Shown: piece by piece, positions 16,733-26,012 of the stretch | Numbering within the stretch: position 1 is the stretch's first letter | Layout: the number at the start of each line of letters is the position of its first letter | IMG/VR virus record: IMGVR_UViG_3300017707_001960 | Span: 1 to 39,099 of that record | DNA: 39,099 nucleotides | Reading direction: 5' to 3' (one strand) | Source of the DNA: a virus | Taxonomy: Duplodnaviria > Caudoviricetes | Program-made: the position numbers and the translations under genes | Notes under the pieces: model-generated | Seen by the model: only the letters and a program-made list of their open reading frames with translations | Told to the model about the DNA's origin: nothing | Database searches by the model: none

Positions 16733-17971
16733 ATGTCCGCATCTGAAACGTCCGCACCTGCCGCGACCGCCGAAGCCTCCGCCGCTCCGGTGGAGATCAT
16801 CACGCCGCAGGATGCCACCGCCGAGCACATCGCCCGTGGGCTGAGTCCCGAGCAGGCGAAAGCGTTCCGCGCTTTGCGCAAGGAGAAGAAGGCCAAGGCG
16901 GCGGCCGCGAAGGTGGAGGCGCCCGCCGCGACGGACAAGGAGACAATCGGACAATCGGACAATCGGACCGCGCCGGAGCAAGCCAAGGTGGAACCGGCGA
17001 CGGAGACGATCACGTTCAATGCGGATGAGGAAACGCCTGCCGCTGCCGTGGTGGATGAAATCGCGCCGGAGTTGAGCGAGGAAGAACTCGCCAAGCTGGA
17101 CGAGAAAGCCCGCAAGCGGGTGACGGAAGCCAGCAAGGAAGCGGCCAAGGTGCGCAAACGTGCGCAGGAAGCCGAGGCGAAGCTGAAGGAGCACGAGGCC
17201 AAGGTGAGCGAGCTGGAAAGCAAACTCGCCGAGATCGAGAAGCAGGGCGGTGATGCCGCCGTGCGTTCCGCTGGACTGGCTGGCAATGCCTTTGTGCATT
17301 TCAAGGACGCGCATGCCGTGGCCGCCTGGGCGGAGAACGCCAAAGACGCGCTCGCGCTGCTGTCCTACCACGAGCGCGAAGTGAAAGCGGGCCGCCGTGC
17401 CGAGGACGAGCCGGTGACGCACACGCTGCCAAACGGCCAGGAGATCGAACTCCGCGCCACCGATTTGCCGGTTTACCAGCAGCGTGTCAGCGACGCGCAG
17501 CAGTGGTTCACCCATGACGCGAAGATCGGCCAGGTGCGTGAATCCGCCACGAAGCTGGCGGAGAAGCACGCCGCCACGAAGGGCTACAAGGAAGCCCGCG
17601 AAACCTACCTCAAGGACGCCAGCCTGCCCACGCGGCTGGAGGAGTTGGTGGCAAAAGCCGCCCTCTACGACGTGCTGCAAAGCCGTCGCGCCATCATCAC
17701 TTTCCCGGACACAGCGGGCGCTGCGAACAAAGCGCCCTCCGCCACGGTGCAGGAGTCCAAAGCCACCGAACGCAAAGACCCGCCGAGCGAGTCCCGTGCC
17801 AGCACTCCACGCCTGGCAGCGGTGAACGACCCCGGCTCTGACCTCGCGGCACGCAAGAGCCTTCTCATGGAGAAGGCGAGGACGGCGAAGACCGACGACG
17901 AGCGCCAGAAATTTCTCAAGGAAGCCATCAAGCTCGGCCCCGTGCAGCGCACGGCGCACCGGGCGGCCTGA
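16733..17971 (+). CDS. Capsid scaffolding protein
   Basis: A/E/K-rich coiled coil directly upstream of the capsid gene. Confidence 0.65.
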   Translation: MSASETSAPAATAEASAAPVEIITPQDATAEHIARGLSPEQAKAFRALRKEKKAKAAAAKVEAPAATDKETIGQSDNRTAPEQAKVEPATETITFNADEETPAAAVVDEIAPELSEEELAKLDEKARKRVTEASKEAAKVRKRAQEAEAKLKEHEAKVSELESKLAEIEKQGGDAAVRSAGLAGNAFVHFKDAHAVAAWAENAKDALALLSYHEREVKAGRRAEDEPVTHTLPNGQEIELRATDLPVYQQRVSDAQQWFTHDAKIGQVRESATKLAEKHAATKGYKEARETYLKDASLPTRLEELVAKAALYDVLQSRRAIITFPDTAGAANKAPSATVQESKATERKDPPSESRASTPRLAAVNDPGSDLAARKSLLMEKARTAKTDDERQKFLKEAIKLGPVQRTAHRAA

Positions 17972-18017
17972 GCTTCAACGCCGCGTGGAACCTCCAACAT
18001 CCAACTTTTAAAACATC

Positions 18018-19247
18018 ATGGCCCAAGCCCTTTCATCTACCGTCACCGCGATCCATGAGGATCTGGCCGACGAAATCGCCCTTCTCGACAACGAGAACAC
18101 CATCTTCAGCTCCACCGTGCAGAGCGGCGGCAAGGCTGAAAACTCCGTTTATTCCCGCGTCGCGGACAAGCACCTGACCGGCCGCCTTGGCGGTGTCGAG
18201 GAAGGGGATGCCGTCACCCGCGCCGATGTGGCAAACCACTTCATCAACCGCAAGAAAATCTCCGGCGCTGTGCAGCAGAAGCGCGAGAGCTACGGCGTGT
18301 CGAAACGCGTCGAGAAGGTGGAGAACACCGCTGGCGTCGCCAACGAAGTGGGCGAGTCCCGCTTCCGCGCCCTGGAACGCTACAAGCAGGGCGTCGAACT
18401 CACCTACCTGTCCGCGCAGGTGGCGAATGACAACGCCTACGCCTACGACGACGAGAACCGTCTCGGCCAGATGCACCTCACGATGGGCGCGTCCGCCTAT
18501 GTGGAAAGCTCCGCGCAGGGCACGGATTCGCAATTCCAGGTGGACAGCAATTACCGCCCCGGCGCTTCCCAGCTCATCAACGTGGCCTCCGCGTCCGCCT
18601 TCACGGAAACGCAGATGCGCACGCTCCTGCTCGAATGCCGCCAGGCCAAGCGCAAGAACGTGAAGCTGACCGCCTTCTGCACGACGGACTTCGCCAACCA
18701 CCTCGCCACGTTCTTCGACGCTGGCACGCTGACGAACACCGCCACGCCGATCCGCAGCTACAACCAGGATCTGAGCAACACGGAGATCTCCGCGATGCTC
18801 ACCGGCTACAAGACCGCGATGGGTTCTCTCATGGTGGTCCCGACCGAGCACCTGAACGGTGTCCGCAACGCGGGCAGCCTCGCAGGCGCGAGCACCACGA
18901 ACACCAGCACGAACGTGGACGTGACCAGCACCGTGGGCCTTCAGCAAGGCATGAAGATCGGCGGCACCGGCATCCCTGCGGGCGCTTACATCGCCAGCAT
19001 CACGAACAGCACGCGCATCGTGATCTCCGCCGCCGCCACCGCCACCGGATCGCCGACGCTCACGCTGGGCGACCAGGACCACATGCTGGCGCTGGAGATG
19101 GAATACTTCTACGAGCTGCTGAACGGCCTCGAAGAAGTGGACCTGTCCAGTGATGGCAGCGGCACGCAGGGCTATGTTGAAGGTTTCTTCAGCCTGTTCT
19201 GCTCCATGCCTGCTGTTCACGGCAAGGTTTACACCGCCGTGGCCTGA
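18018..19247 (+). CDS. Major capsid protein (DUF5309/SU10-like) with inserted beta domain
   Basis: N-terminal HEDLADEIALLD.ENTIF, strongly biased codons, position after scaffold. Confidence 0.75.
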   Translation: MAQALSSTVTAIHEDLADEIALLDNENTIFSSTVQSGGKAENSVYSRVADKHLTGRLGGVEEGDAVTRADVANHFINRKKISGAVQQKRESYGVSKRVEKVENTAGVANEVGESRFRALERYKQGVELTYLSAQVANDNAYAYDDENRLGQMHLTMGASAYVESSAQGTDSQFQVDSNYRPGASQLINVASASAFTETQMRTLLLECRQAKRKNVKLTAFCTTDFANHLATFFDAGTLTNTATPIRSYNQDLSNTEISAMLTGYKTAMGSLMVVPTEHLNGVRNAGSLAGASTTNTSTNVDVTSTVGLQQGMKIGGTGIPAGAYIASITNSTRIVISAAATATGSPTLTLGDQDHMLALEMEYFYELLNGLEEVDLSSDGSGTQGYVEGFFSLFCSMPAVHGKVYTAVA

Positions 19248-19364
19248 TCCCTCACCGTCTGGCAGGCGGGCGCAGGTTGTCTTCTGTGTTGTGTTCTCGT
19301 GACCGCACCGACGCACCCTTCCCCGGAGCCTCCGCCCCCTGCCAGGCGGCCTTTCATGCTTTGA

Positions 19365-19390
19365 AGCGGGCAGAAGTGCCCGCGCTCCCC
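19365..19390 (+). repeat. REP-like palindrome, copy 3
   Basis: AGCGGGCAGAAGTGCCCGCGCTCCCC. Confidence 0.75.
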
Positions 19391-19400
19391 TCTTGAATTT

Positions 19401-19901
19401 ATGTGGAATCCAGATCGAGCGCCCGTGTTAGGTTTTGACAAGCTGGCCCGCCGTGTGGGCCTTGCCAAAGCCCGCGCCATCTTCGCGGCCTACCGCGAGA
19501 AGCTGCGCATCGACAACGCCAAAGCCGCCGAGCAGGAGAAACGCGCCGCCGAACTGCGCCGTGCGCGTGGTCCCGTGGTGGTGCGCAATGACTTCGATTT
19601 CATGCCGGCCTATCACATCACGCCGCTCACTTACAAGCAGCTTTACCGCAGCACCCTTGGGGAGCGCGGCTGCCGGGGTGGCGAGATCTTCGATGACGAG
19701 AGCATGATGAAGGATTTCTTGAAACGGAATCCTGACTGCGCTCCGCAGAAAGTCGTCACGGGTGACATTCGCGGCGGCTGGACACCCGCGCTGGAGCAGG
19801 CGGCCAAGGAAGGCCGCATGCACCGCGCTCTGCAACACGCGCAAGTCAGCCTGAAACTCCAAAAAGCGGCAGAGGAGGGCCGCGCCGCCCTCGTGGCCTG
19901 A
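19401..19901 (+). CDS. Hypothetical virion-module protein
   Basis: ORF after MCP; FDDESMMKDFLKRNPDC motif. Confidence 0.65.
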   Translation: MWNPDRAPVLGFDKLARRVGLAKARAIFAAYREKLRIDNAKAAEQEKRAAELRRARGPVVVRNDFDFMPAYHITPLTYKQLYRSTLGERGCRGGEIFDDESMMKDFLKRNPDCAPQKVVTGDIRGGWTPALEQAAKEGRMHRALQHAQVSLKLQKAAEEGRAALVA

Positions 19902-19906
19902 CGGTC

Positions 19907-20614
19907 ATGGCCGTGCGCGAACACATCGCCTTCAACACGGCCTTCGAGGATGCCGTGCGCCCCACCGGCCACCTGGCCGCGATGAATGCAATCGCCGATC
20001 TGAAGGCGCAGTTTCTCGCGCAGTTCAACCGCAGTTACAAAATCGGCTACGAACTGCCCTTCGCCAGCAATGTGTTCTGGGAGGACGCCCGCACTTGGGC
20101 GGAGATCACGCCAAGCAGCGGCCTCATCTCCTGGGATGTGCTGGGTGATGCCCGCAATCTCGAAATCTACACGCTCGACCCCCGCGAGACGCGGATGGCG
20201 AAGAGCGTGACTTTCTTCACCGACAAGACCGGCATTCTCGTCAATGACGAACTGCCCACCGTCTGGGTGAGCTGGACGCCGCGCATCTACAAGTTCAGCA
20301 CCACCGCCTGGGTGACGGCCACGGCCTACGTCGTGGGCGATGTCCGCATGGTGAGCAGCACGGGCGAGTGCTACCGCTGCATTGTCGCTCACACCAGCGG
20401 CACCTTTGCCACCGATCTGGCCGCCGCCAAGTGGGTGCTCATGCCGGTGCTGGAGGTGCTGCACGAGTTCACGATCCGCCACCTGCATGCCTCCTGGCTG
20501 CGGGAAAACGGGCAGGTGCAGACCGGCGTGAGCCTGCAAAACGCCGCGCTTGCCGAACTTCTCGAAATCCACCGCGCCGAACTGCGGCGCAACCGCGAAA
20601 CCCCCAAACCTTGA
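19907..20614 (+). CDS. Putative head-tail adaptor with carbohydrate-binding-module-like insert
   Basis: Position; AWVTATAYVVGD...YRCIVAHTSG...W resembles CBM5/12-type motifs. Confidence 0.55.
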   Translation: MAVREHIAFNTAFEDAVRPTGHLAAMNAIADLKAQFLAQFNRSYKIGYELPFASNVFWEDARTWAEITPSSGLISWDVLGDARNLEIYTLDPRETRMAKSVTFFTDKTGILVNDELPTVWVSWTPRIYKFSTTAWVTATAYVVGDVRMVSSTGECYRCIVAHTSGTFATDLAAAKWVLMPVLEVLHEFTIRHLHASWLRENGQVQTGVSLQNAALAELLEIHRAELRRNRETPKP

Positions 20615-20624
20615 TTTTCTTCCT

Positions 20625-20864
20625 ATGGCAACGCCAGTCAACATTATCAACGGCTACAACGGCAGCAAGCGAGTGGCGGACACCACCACGCAGACCGGCA
20701 CGTTTGGAGCCATCTATTGCAACGCTGACACGGTGTTTGACACCCTGACCGGCAGCTATGCCGGCACCGTCACCGGCATCACGCACGCCGCAGGCAAGTG
20801 GATCTACGGCGTATTTCAAACCGTCAAGCTCACCTCGGGCGACATTGACCTTTACAACCTCTGA
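20625..20864 (+). CDS. Small structural protein
   Basis: T/G-rich, ending IYGVFQTVKLTSGDIDLY. Confidence 0.6.
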   Translation: MATPVNIINGYNGSKRVADTTTQTGTFGAIYCNADTVFDTLTGSYAGTVTGITHAAGKWIYGVFQTVKLTSGDIDLYNL

Positions 20865-20867
20865 CCC

Positions 20868-21011
20868 ATGCCCCTCGCCGGTCCAGCTCTCAGCATCATG
20901 TTCCCACGTCCCGCAGGCGATTCCACGCCGGGGGGCGCGAGTGACGTGTGGCTGTGGGAGGCCGGCATCGGCCTGCAATGGGAAACAGGCATCTTCATGC
21001 TAACCGAATAA
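20868..21011 (+). CDS. Small hypothetical protein (47 aa, not in ORF track)
   Basis: Hand translation MPLAGPALSIMFPRP...WLWEAGIGLQWETGIFMLTE exactly fills the gap. Confidence 0.5.
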   Translation: MPLAGPALSIMFPRPAGDSTPGGASDVWLWEAGIGLQWETGIFMLTE

Positions 21012-21015
21012 TTTT

Positions 21016-21978
21016 ATGGCTGACCTCACCATTTCCGCCGCTGCCACACTCACCGGGGCCAACACGGCCAGTGGTGACTTGTTTCCTTTGCTAGACATCT
21101 CCGCCGCCGCAGGCAGCCAGGGCAGCAAGATCACCCGCGACGAGCTGCGCATTGCGATGGGCCTGACGGGCAACGGCACGATTGCCACGGGGGGTTACAC
21201 CCTGACCGTCCCTGCCACGGGGACCGCTGCGCTTTTGGGGGCGAATGTGTTCACAACGCTGCAAACGATCACGCAGGCGAATGCGAATACGGGCATCCTT
21301 GCCTCCACTGGCTACTCGCTCACAGGTTCAAATGCCACAAGCATGATCGACCTTGCGGGAACGTGGAATACCAGCGGGACGCCGACACTCATCAAGGCCA
21401 ATGTCACCAACACAGCCAGTAACGGATCGAGCCTGTTGATTGATTTGCAAGTAGGAGGAAGTTCAAGGTTCAAGGTTGCCGCCACAACGGGCCACGTCAC
21501 CTCAAGCGGCGGTTTTTTCGCGTCAGGTTCGTTTGACTTGGCTTCGACGTGGGGAGTAAACGGATCGACAGGCAACCAGGTTATGTATGTGACGGGCACC
21601 TTCGGCTGGTCGGCTGGTAACGGAGGGCAGGGCGCAACAGCAGATGCTTTGCTTGCTCGAAAAACCACTGCCAGCATTGGTTTGGGGGTAACGCATGCAA
21701 CAACTCCAACAGCTCAATACCTTTCTGCTCACAATGTCACCACGGGAACGGGAGCGTCACTGACGCTTTCCGGTGGCACTGGCAGCGTGGCAGGCGGGGC
21801 TTGCCACTTGGCGGCCTCAGTCACAACAGGCGCTCCCGTGCCCCGTGTGACAGCAGACGCCGTTGGCCTGGGGTTCTACAACGTCACACCCGTTGCTCGT
21901 CAGGTCGTCCCTACGGGCAGCTCTACGGATACCCTTATTACAGCATTGCAAACACTCGGACTTATTTCTCAATCTTAA
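21016..21978 (+). CDS. Tail fibre/spike-like protein
   Basis: N-terminal MADLTISAA..LT...GDLFPLLD.S....SKIT motif; G/T/S/A-rich; C-terminal LGFYNVTPV...LITALQTLGLI. Confidence 0.7.
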   Translation: MADLTISAAATLTGANTASGDLFPLLDISAAAGSQGSKITRDELRIAMGLTGNGTIATGGYTLTVPATGTAALLGANVFTTLQTITQANANTGILASTGYSLTGSNATSMIDLAGTWNTSGTPTLIKANVTNTASNGSSLLIDLQVGGSSRFKVAATTGHVTSSGGFFASGSFDLASTWGVNGSTGNQVMYVTGTFGWSAGNGGQGATADALLARKTTASIGLGVTHATTPTAQYLSAHNVTTGTGASLTLSGGTGSVAGGACHLAASVTTGAPVPRVTADAVGLGFYNVTPVARQVVPTGSSTDTLITALQTLGLISQS

Positions 21979-21982
21979 TTTT

Positions 21983-22249
21983 ATGCCCCTCTCCTCATCC
22001 CAACAAGCGGCGCTTGAACGACTGGCACAGCGCTATAATATCTCTGCCGGAAGTCAGCTAACCCCAACGGAGTATGCGGATTTGCTGTTAAGCAACATTC
22101 TTGATGAAGAGGTTCGGGCGACGGAGGCTCGACTACTTGAACTCATGAAACCAGTTGGTGCTGAAATCGCCGCTGCAGCCGGGGGTGATCCTGTGAAGAT
22201 CGCCGCCGCTCTTGAGGCTGGCAAAGCCGCCGCGCTCGCAACTCTCTAA
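21983..22249 (+). CDS. Hypothetical protein
   Basis: ORF following the fibre gene. Confidence 0.55.
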   Translation: MPLSSSQQAALERLAQRYNISAGSQLTPTEYADLLLSNILDEEVRATEARLLELMKPVGAEIAAAAGGDPVKIAAALEAGKAAALATL

Positions 22250-22258
22250 TCCGACACT

Positions 22259-22633
22259 ATGACCAACCTTCAAGCCAACCGCCTCTACGCTGCAATCGCT
22301 GAACTGTCGAAGCCCATCACCGTTTCCAAGGAGGGCAAGCCCACAGAAGTTCGTTTGTCGTTCAGCGGCAAAACCTGCCTCGCCCTTGCCAGAATGAAGA
22401 GCAAGCTCGCACCCCATGTGACCGCGTGTGAGGAGGCCGTGAACGCCGTCATCGCCGCGCACGGTGGGCGTGTGCCGCCTGACCATCCGGCTTTTGCGGA
22501 GGTGGTGAAGAAGATCACGGAGATTCAACAATCCCCCTGCGATGTCGGCGACCTTGGCACCCTGCCGCTCGCAGAGTTCGAGGCTCAGGAAACGCTTCCC
22601 GATTTGGAACCTTTGCTCCCCTACTTGCAGTAA
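22259..22633 (+). CDS. Hypothetical protein, possible fibre chaperone
   Basis: 124-aa helical ORF downstream of the fibre gene. Confidence 0.55.
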   Translation: MTNLQANRLYAAIAELSKPITVSKEGKPTEVRLSFSGKTCLALARMKSKLAPHVTACEEAVNAVIAAHGGRVPPDHPAFAEVVKKITEIQQSPCDVGDLGTLPLAEFEAQETLPDLEPLLPYLQ

Positions 22634-22664
22634 ACCTCACCACGGCTGGACGCCGCAACGCACC

Positions 22665-22976
22665 ATGAGCCACGACGAAAGCTCCGCAATTGAAGCTCTA
22701 CGCCAGACAATCCGCTGGCTGATCGGCGGCATCGCCAGTTTGCTGGTCGGCGCAGCAACCGTGGGCGGATGGGTGGCGACGCAGGAGAGCCGGATCGGCA
22801 GCTTGGTCGAAGCGGACAAAACCAGCATGGCTGAACGCTCCGAACTGCGCGGCCAGATCAAGGCGCACTCCGAAAGCATTTCCGTGCTCAGGCAGGACAC
22901 CGCCTTGCAAAACCGCGACCTGCAATACATCCGCGAGTCCGTGACGAAGATCGAGCGGGTCTTGACGACAAAATGA
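22665..22976 (+). CDS. Membrane protein with coiled coil (holin/lysis-associated candidate)
   Basis: One TM segment WLIGGIASLLVGAATVGGWV followed by a coiled coil. Confidence 0.55.
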   Translation: MSHDESSAIEALRQTIRWLIGGIASLLVGAATVGGWVATQESRIGSLVEADKTSMAERSELRGQIKAHSESISVLRQDTALQNRDLQYIRESVTKIERVLTTK

Positions 22977-22977
22977 C

Positions 22978-23478
22978 ATGGACATCCTCGCTTACACCGT
23001 AGAACAGGCCACGATTCCAGTCTCGATCAAACCGGCGAGGGTGATGGAACTGACGCGGCGGGCGGCAAGCGAGTGGAACCAGTGCATGAAGCGGCTGGTT
23101 TACCTCATGGAGCGGCGACTGAACGAGGCTGACATCTTCATCGGCTTTGGCGCTGTGGATCGCAGCGAACAGCCAACACGCATTGCGCAATGCACGCGCT
23201 ACAAGCGTGGCGGGCAGGTCTATTGGCGCATCGTGCTGGCAAGCGATGTCTCCTGGGACGCGGCGCCGTGGTGGCAATTCTGGGCGCGGGGCGAGCACAG
23301 CCTGCTGGCCGCTCTCACCCACGAGTTCGGCCATGTTTTTCTTGATGACAACGACCATTGGCATTCACCGGTGGTTGGCGACGTCATGCAGCCGGACCTG
23401 CTAAATCACCTCATCGCCGAGGACGAGGCGAAGCGATACCGCGCCCGGTTCAAAGCCATCACCAACCCCGAGTCATGA
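22978..23478 (+). CDS. Matrixin-like zinc metallopeptidase
   Basis: ADIFIGFG, HEFGHVFLDDNDHWHS, Met-turn DVMQP. Confidence 0.7.
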   Translation: MDILAYTVEQATIPVSIKPARVMELTRRAASEWNQCMKRLVYLMERRLNEADIFIGFGAVDRSEQPTRIAQCTRYKRGGQVYWRIVLASDVSWDAAPWWQFWARGEHSLLAALTHEFGHVFLDDNDHWHSPVVGDVMQPDLLNHLIAEDEAKRYRARFKAITNPES

Positions 23479-24167
23479 CAACTTCGTTCACATCACCTTC
23501 GTGGGACTTTCTGCTCATGCCGGACATCACGCCCTTGAGGGATGCACACATTGGCTTTGGCCTGTGGCCGTGGAGCAAAGGGCCGGAATGGCGGCTGGAT
23601 GAAGAGTATGGGTTTTGGGTCAAAGTCCGCGAGGGACTGTGGATCAAGATGCGCATTCCCAAAGGCTACAAATTCGACAAGGCCAGCGTGCCGCCTGTTT
23701 TTTGGGGATTCCCATTCAACTACACGCCTGACGGGCTATGCACTGTCCCGGCCCTGGAGCATGATTTCCTTTGCGACATCTTCGCAGGTGGCTCCGAGTG
23801 GCTGCGCGAGCAGCTCGGCGACGACTATCCCGACAAACTGCCCGCCGAAGTCATTCACCGCCACTTTTTTGACCGGCTCAACACCTGGGGCGTCCGGCCC
23901 AGCAAAGCCAAGACCATGTATGCCGGAGTGCGCAATTTTGGACCTGGGGGCCGTGCGCGGCCTTCAAGCTGGTTCAAGAAATCCGTGGTTTTATCCTTCC
24001 TCATTCTGGTTTCGTCATTCCTTGTATCCTGCGGCACCACACGCGGCGAGCGGCTGCAACTTTACGGTGCAGCCGCCCAAATTGCCGGACACCCTGAAAT
24101 TGGCCGCCCGCTGGCTGCCATCGGCAGGCGTCTGGAGGCCAAACAACCCAAGGAGGTGCTACCATGA
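23475..24167 (+). CDS. DUF1353-like protein with hydrophobic lipoprotein-like C-terminal segment
   Basis: IPKGYKFDKASVP...ALEHDFLC...MYAGVRNFG; then VVLSFLILVSSFLVSC. Confidence 0.65.
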   Translation: MTTSFTSPSWDFLLMPDITPLRDAHIGFGLWPWSKGPEWRLDEEYGFWVKVREGLWIKMRIPKGYKFDKASVPPVFWGFPFNYTPDGLCTVPALEHDFLCDIFAGGSEWLREQLGDDYPDKLPAEVIHRHFFDRLNTWGVRPSKAKTMYAGVRNFGPGGRARPSSWFKKSVVLSFLILVSSFLVSCGTTRGERLQLYGAAAQIAGHPEIGRPLAAIGRRLEAKQPKEVLP

Positions 24168-24250
24168 GCGGCCTCGTACTGGCATTGGCTTACATCGTGG
24201 GCTTCGCGCTCGTGGTGTTCGGCGTGTTTTACCTCATCAACAAAACTTGA
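24164..24250 (+). CDS. 28-aa single-TM peptide (not in ORF track)
   Basis: MSGLVLALAYIVGFALVVFGVFYLINKT; AAGGAGG RBS; ATGA overlap. Confidence 0.5.
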   Translation: MSGLVLALAYIVGFALVVFGVFYLINKT

Positions 24251-24256
24251 ACCTGA

Positions 24257-24280
24257 AGCGGGCAGGAGTGCCCGCGCTCC
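24257..24280 (+). repeat. REP-like palindrome, copy 4
   Basis: AGCGGGCAGGAGTGCCCGCGCTCC. Confidence 0.75.
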
Positions 24281-24285
24281 CCTCC

Positions 24286-24852
24286 ATGAACATCTTCCTC
24301 GATCCCGGACATGGTATGTCCAACCGCAAGCCCGGCATTTACGATCCCGGCGCCACGGTGCGCGTGGGCAAGGAGGACATCACCGAGGCTGGCATTGTCA
24401 TGACCTGGGCGAATGAACTCCGCGCCCTGCTCATGGCGCAGGGCCACACGGTCATACGCAGTCGCAAAGACATGCTCGATCCCTCTCCGCTCGGCGACCG
24501 CGTGGAGGACGCGCATCATTTCAAATGCGACGTGCTCGTGAGCCTGCACTGCAACGCGGCGAATGGCAAGGCGAACGGCACCGAGACGTTCTTTCGGGGC
24601 GAGCGCAACCGCACGCTGGCGCAGCGGTGCAATGATGCCGTGGTAAACGCACTGGGCACGCGCAACCGTGGCGTCAAGACCGAAAGCGCCAGCCAGCATG
24701 CCCGCCTCGCCGTGCTGGACTTCCCCCGCGCCGTGCTCATCGAGCTGGGCTTCATCGACCACCCCGGCGACCGCGCCCTGCTGCTCGATCCCAAGAAGAT
24801 GCTGCAAGCCTGTGACGCGCTCTGCGATGCCATCACCGGCACCACCTCTTAA
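24286..24852 (+). CDS. N-acetylmuramoyl-L-alanine amidase (Amidase_3) endolysin
   Basis: IFLDPGHG, E, VSLHCNA, GTETF, AVLIELGFID. Confidence 0.92.
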   Translation: MNIFLDPGHGMSNRKPGIYDPGATVRVGKEDITEAGIVMTWANELRALLMAQGHTVIRSRKDMLDPSPLGDRVEDAHHFKCDVLVSLHCNAANGKANGTETFFRGERNRTLAQRCNDAVVNALGTRNRGVKTESASQHARLAVLDFPRAVLIELGFIDHPGDRALLLDPKKMLQACDALCDAITGTTS

Positions 24853-24889
24853 CTCATCACCTCTAACTCCTAACTTCTAACCCATCCCC

Positions 24890-25960
24890 ATGCCCCGCGA
24901 CCCGCGAGAAACCACCCCCTTTGAAACTGTGGCGACCGTCAAGCCGGGCGAAGTCGCCGCTTTGCTGTGGGTGCCGGAGAATCAGATCCGCGGGGATTTC
25001 TCGCTCACGGTGGGCACGACGCTGCAAGCGGCGCTGCCGCTGGTGTCGAAGGGTGACGGCTTGGGCCGAGGCTTTGAAAACTACGTCTTCACCGACAACG
25101 GCCCCGTCGATGCGGGATGGCATGGGTTCTACTTTGCGCGACCGTTCAGCAGCGGGGAGAAGACGACGGCCTTCCGCACGGTGACGGAGATTCGGGGCGG
25201 CATCTACTGGCCGCCCGTCATGGCCGGGCTAAACGTGCGCAACTTCAAAGCCTACGACGCGGACGGGGTGGAATACACGGCAGATGTGATTTGGGACTTC
25301 AACCTGCGGGACGCCTACGACGGCCCCACCAAAGTGGTGATCGAATACTTCGCCAGCCATGAGCCGCACACCATTGCCACGCCGACGACGATGCAGCCGG
25401 AAGGCGGCACGTTCTTTTATGGCGTGGGGCAGGTGAGCATCCCTCGCTGCCTGCATCCTTCGCTGGAACTCATTTACAGCACCGGCAGCGCCAGCACGCG
25501 CTACCCGTTGCAGACGTTTGTGAAGGCATTCCCGAATACCAATCTGACAAGCTGGCCGGCCACGCTGGTGATTGACGACGGGGAGAAATTCGACAACGGC
25601 CTTTACATCCGGCGCAAGGTCACGGCGTATCGTCCTGGCGACTACGCCACCGCGCCGATCATCTCGACGCCGACGAAGGCCAGCATCGGCAGCACGACGG
25701 TGACGCTGGGCGGCAATGCCAGCAACGACGGCGGCAGCACGATCACCGAGCGCGGCGTGGTGGTGAGCGCCACCGCGACGAATGCCGATCCCGTCATTGG
25801 CGGCACCGGCGTGACGAAAACCACCACCACCGGCACCACAGGTGTGTTCACCGTGGCCGTCACCGGACTCACCAGCGCCACCGGCTACACGTTCAAAGCC
25901 TATGCGACCAACGCACGCGGCACCAGCTACACCGCACTCGACACCTTCACCACCAGCTAA
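24890..25960 (+). CDS. Virion protein with C-terminal fibronectin type III-like domain
   Basis: GGNASNDGGSTITERGVV...TGLTSATGYTFKAYATNARGTSY. Confidence 0.7.
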   Translation: MPRDPRETTPFETVATVKPGEVAALLWVPENQIRGDFSLTVGTTLQAALPLVSKGDGLGRGFENYVFTDNGPVDAGWHGFYFARPFSSGEKTTAFRTVTEIRGGIYWPPVMAGLNVRNFKAYDADGVEYTADVIWDFNLRDAYDGPTKVVIEYFASHEPHTIATPTTMQPEGGTFFYGVGQVSIPRCLHPSLELIYSTGSASTRYPLQTFVKAFPNTNLTSWPATLVIDDGEKFDNGLYIRRKVTAYRPGDYATAPIISTPTKASIGSTTVTLGGNASNDGGSTITERGVVVSATATNADPVIGGTGVTKTTTTGTTGVFTVAVTGLTSATGYTFKAYATNARGTSYTALDTFTTS

Positions 25961-26012
25961 CGCATAACTCTTAACTCATCACCCCTAACTCCTAACCCCT
26001 AACCCATCACCC

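Noticed and set aside
21016-21978. Diversity-generating retroelement targeting the tail fibre
   Set aside because: No reverse transcriptase and no TR/VR pair was seen
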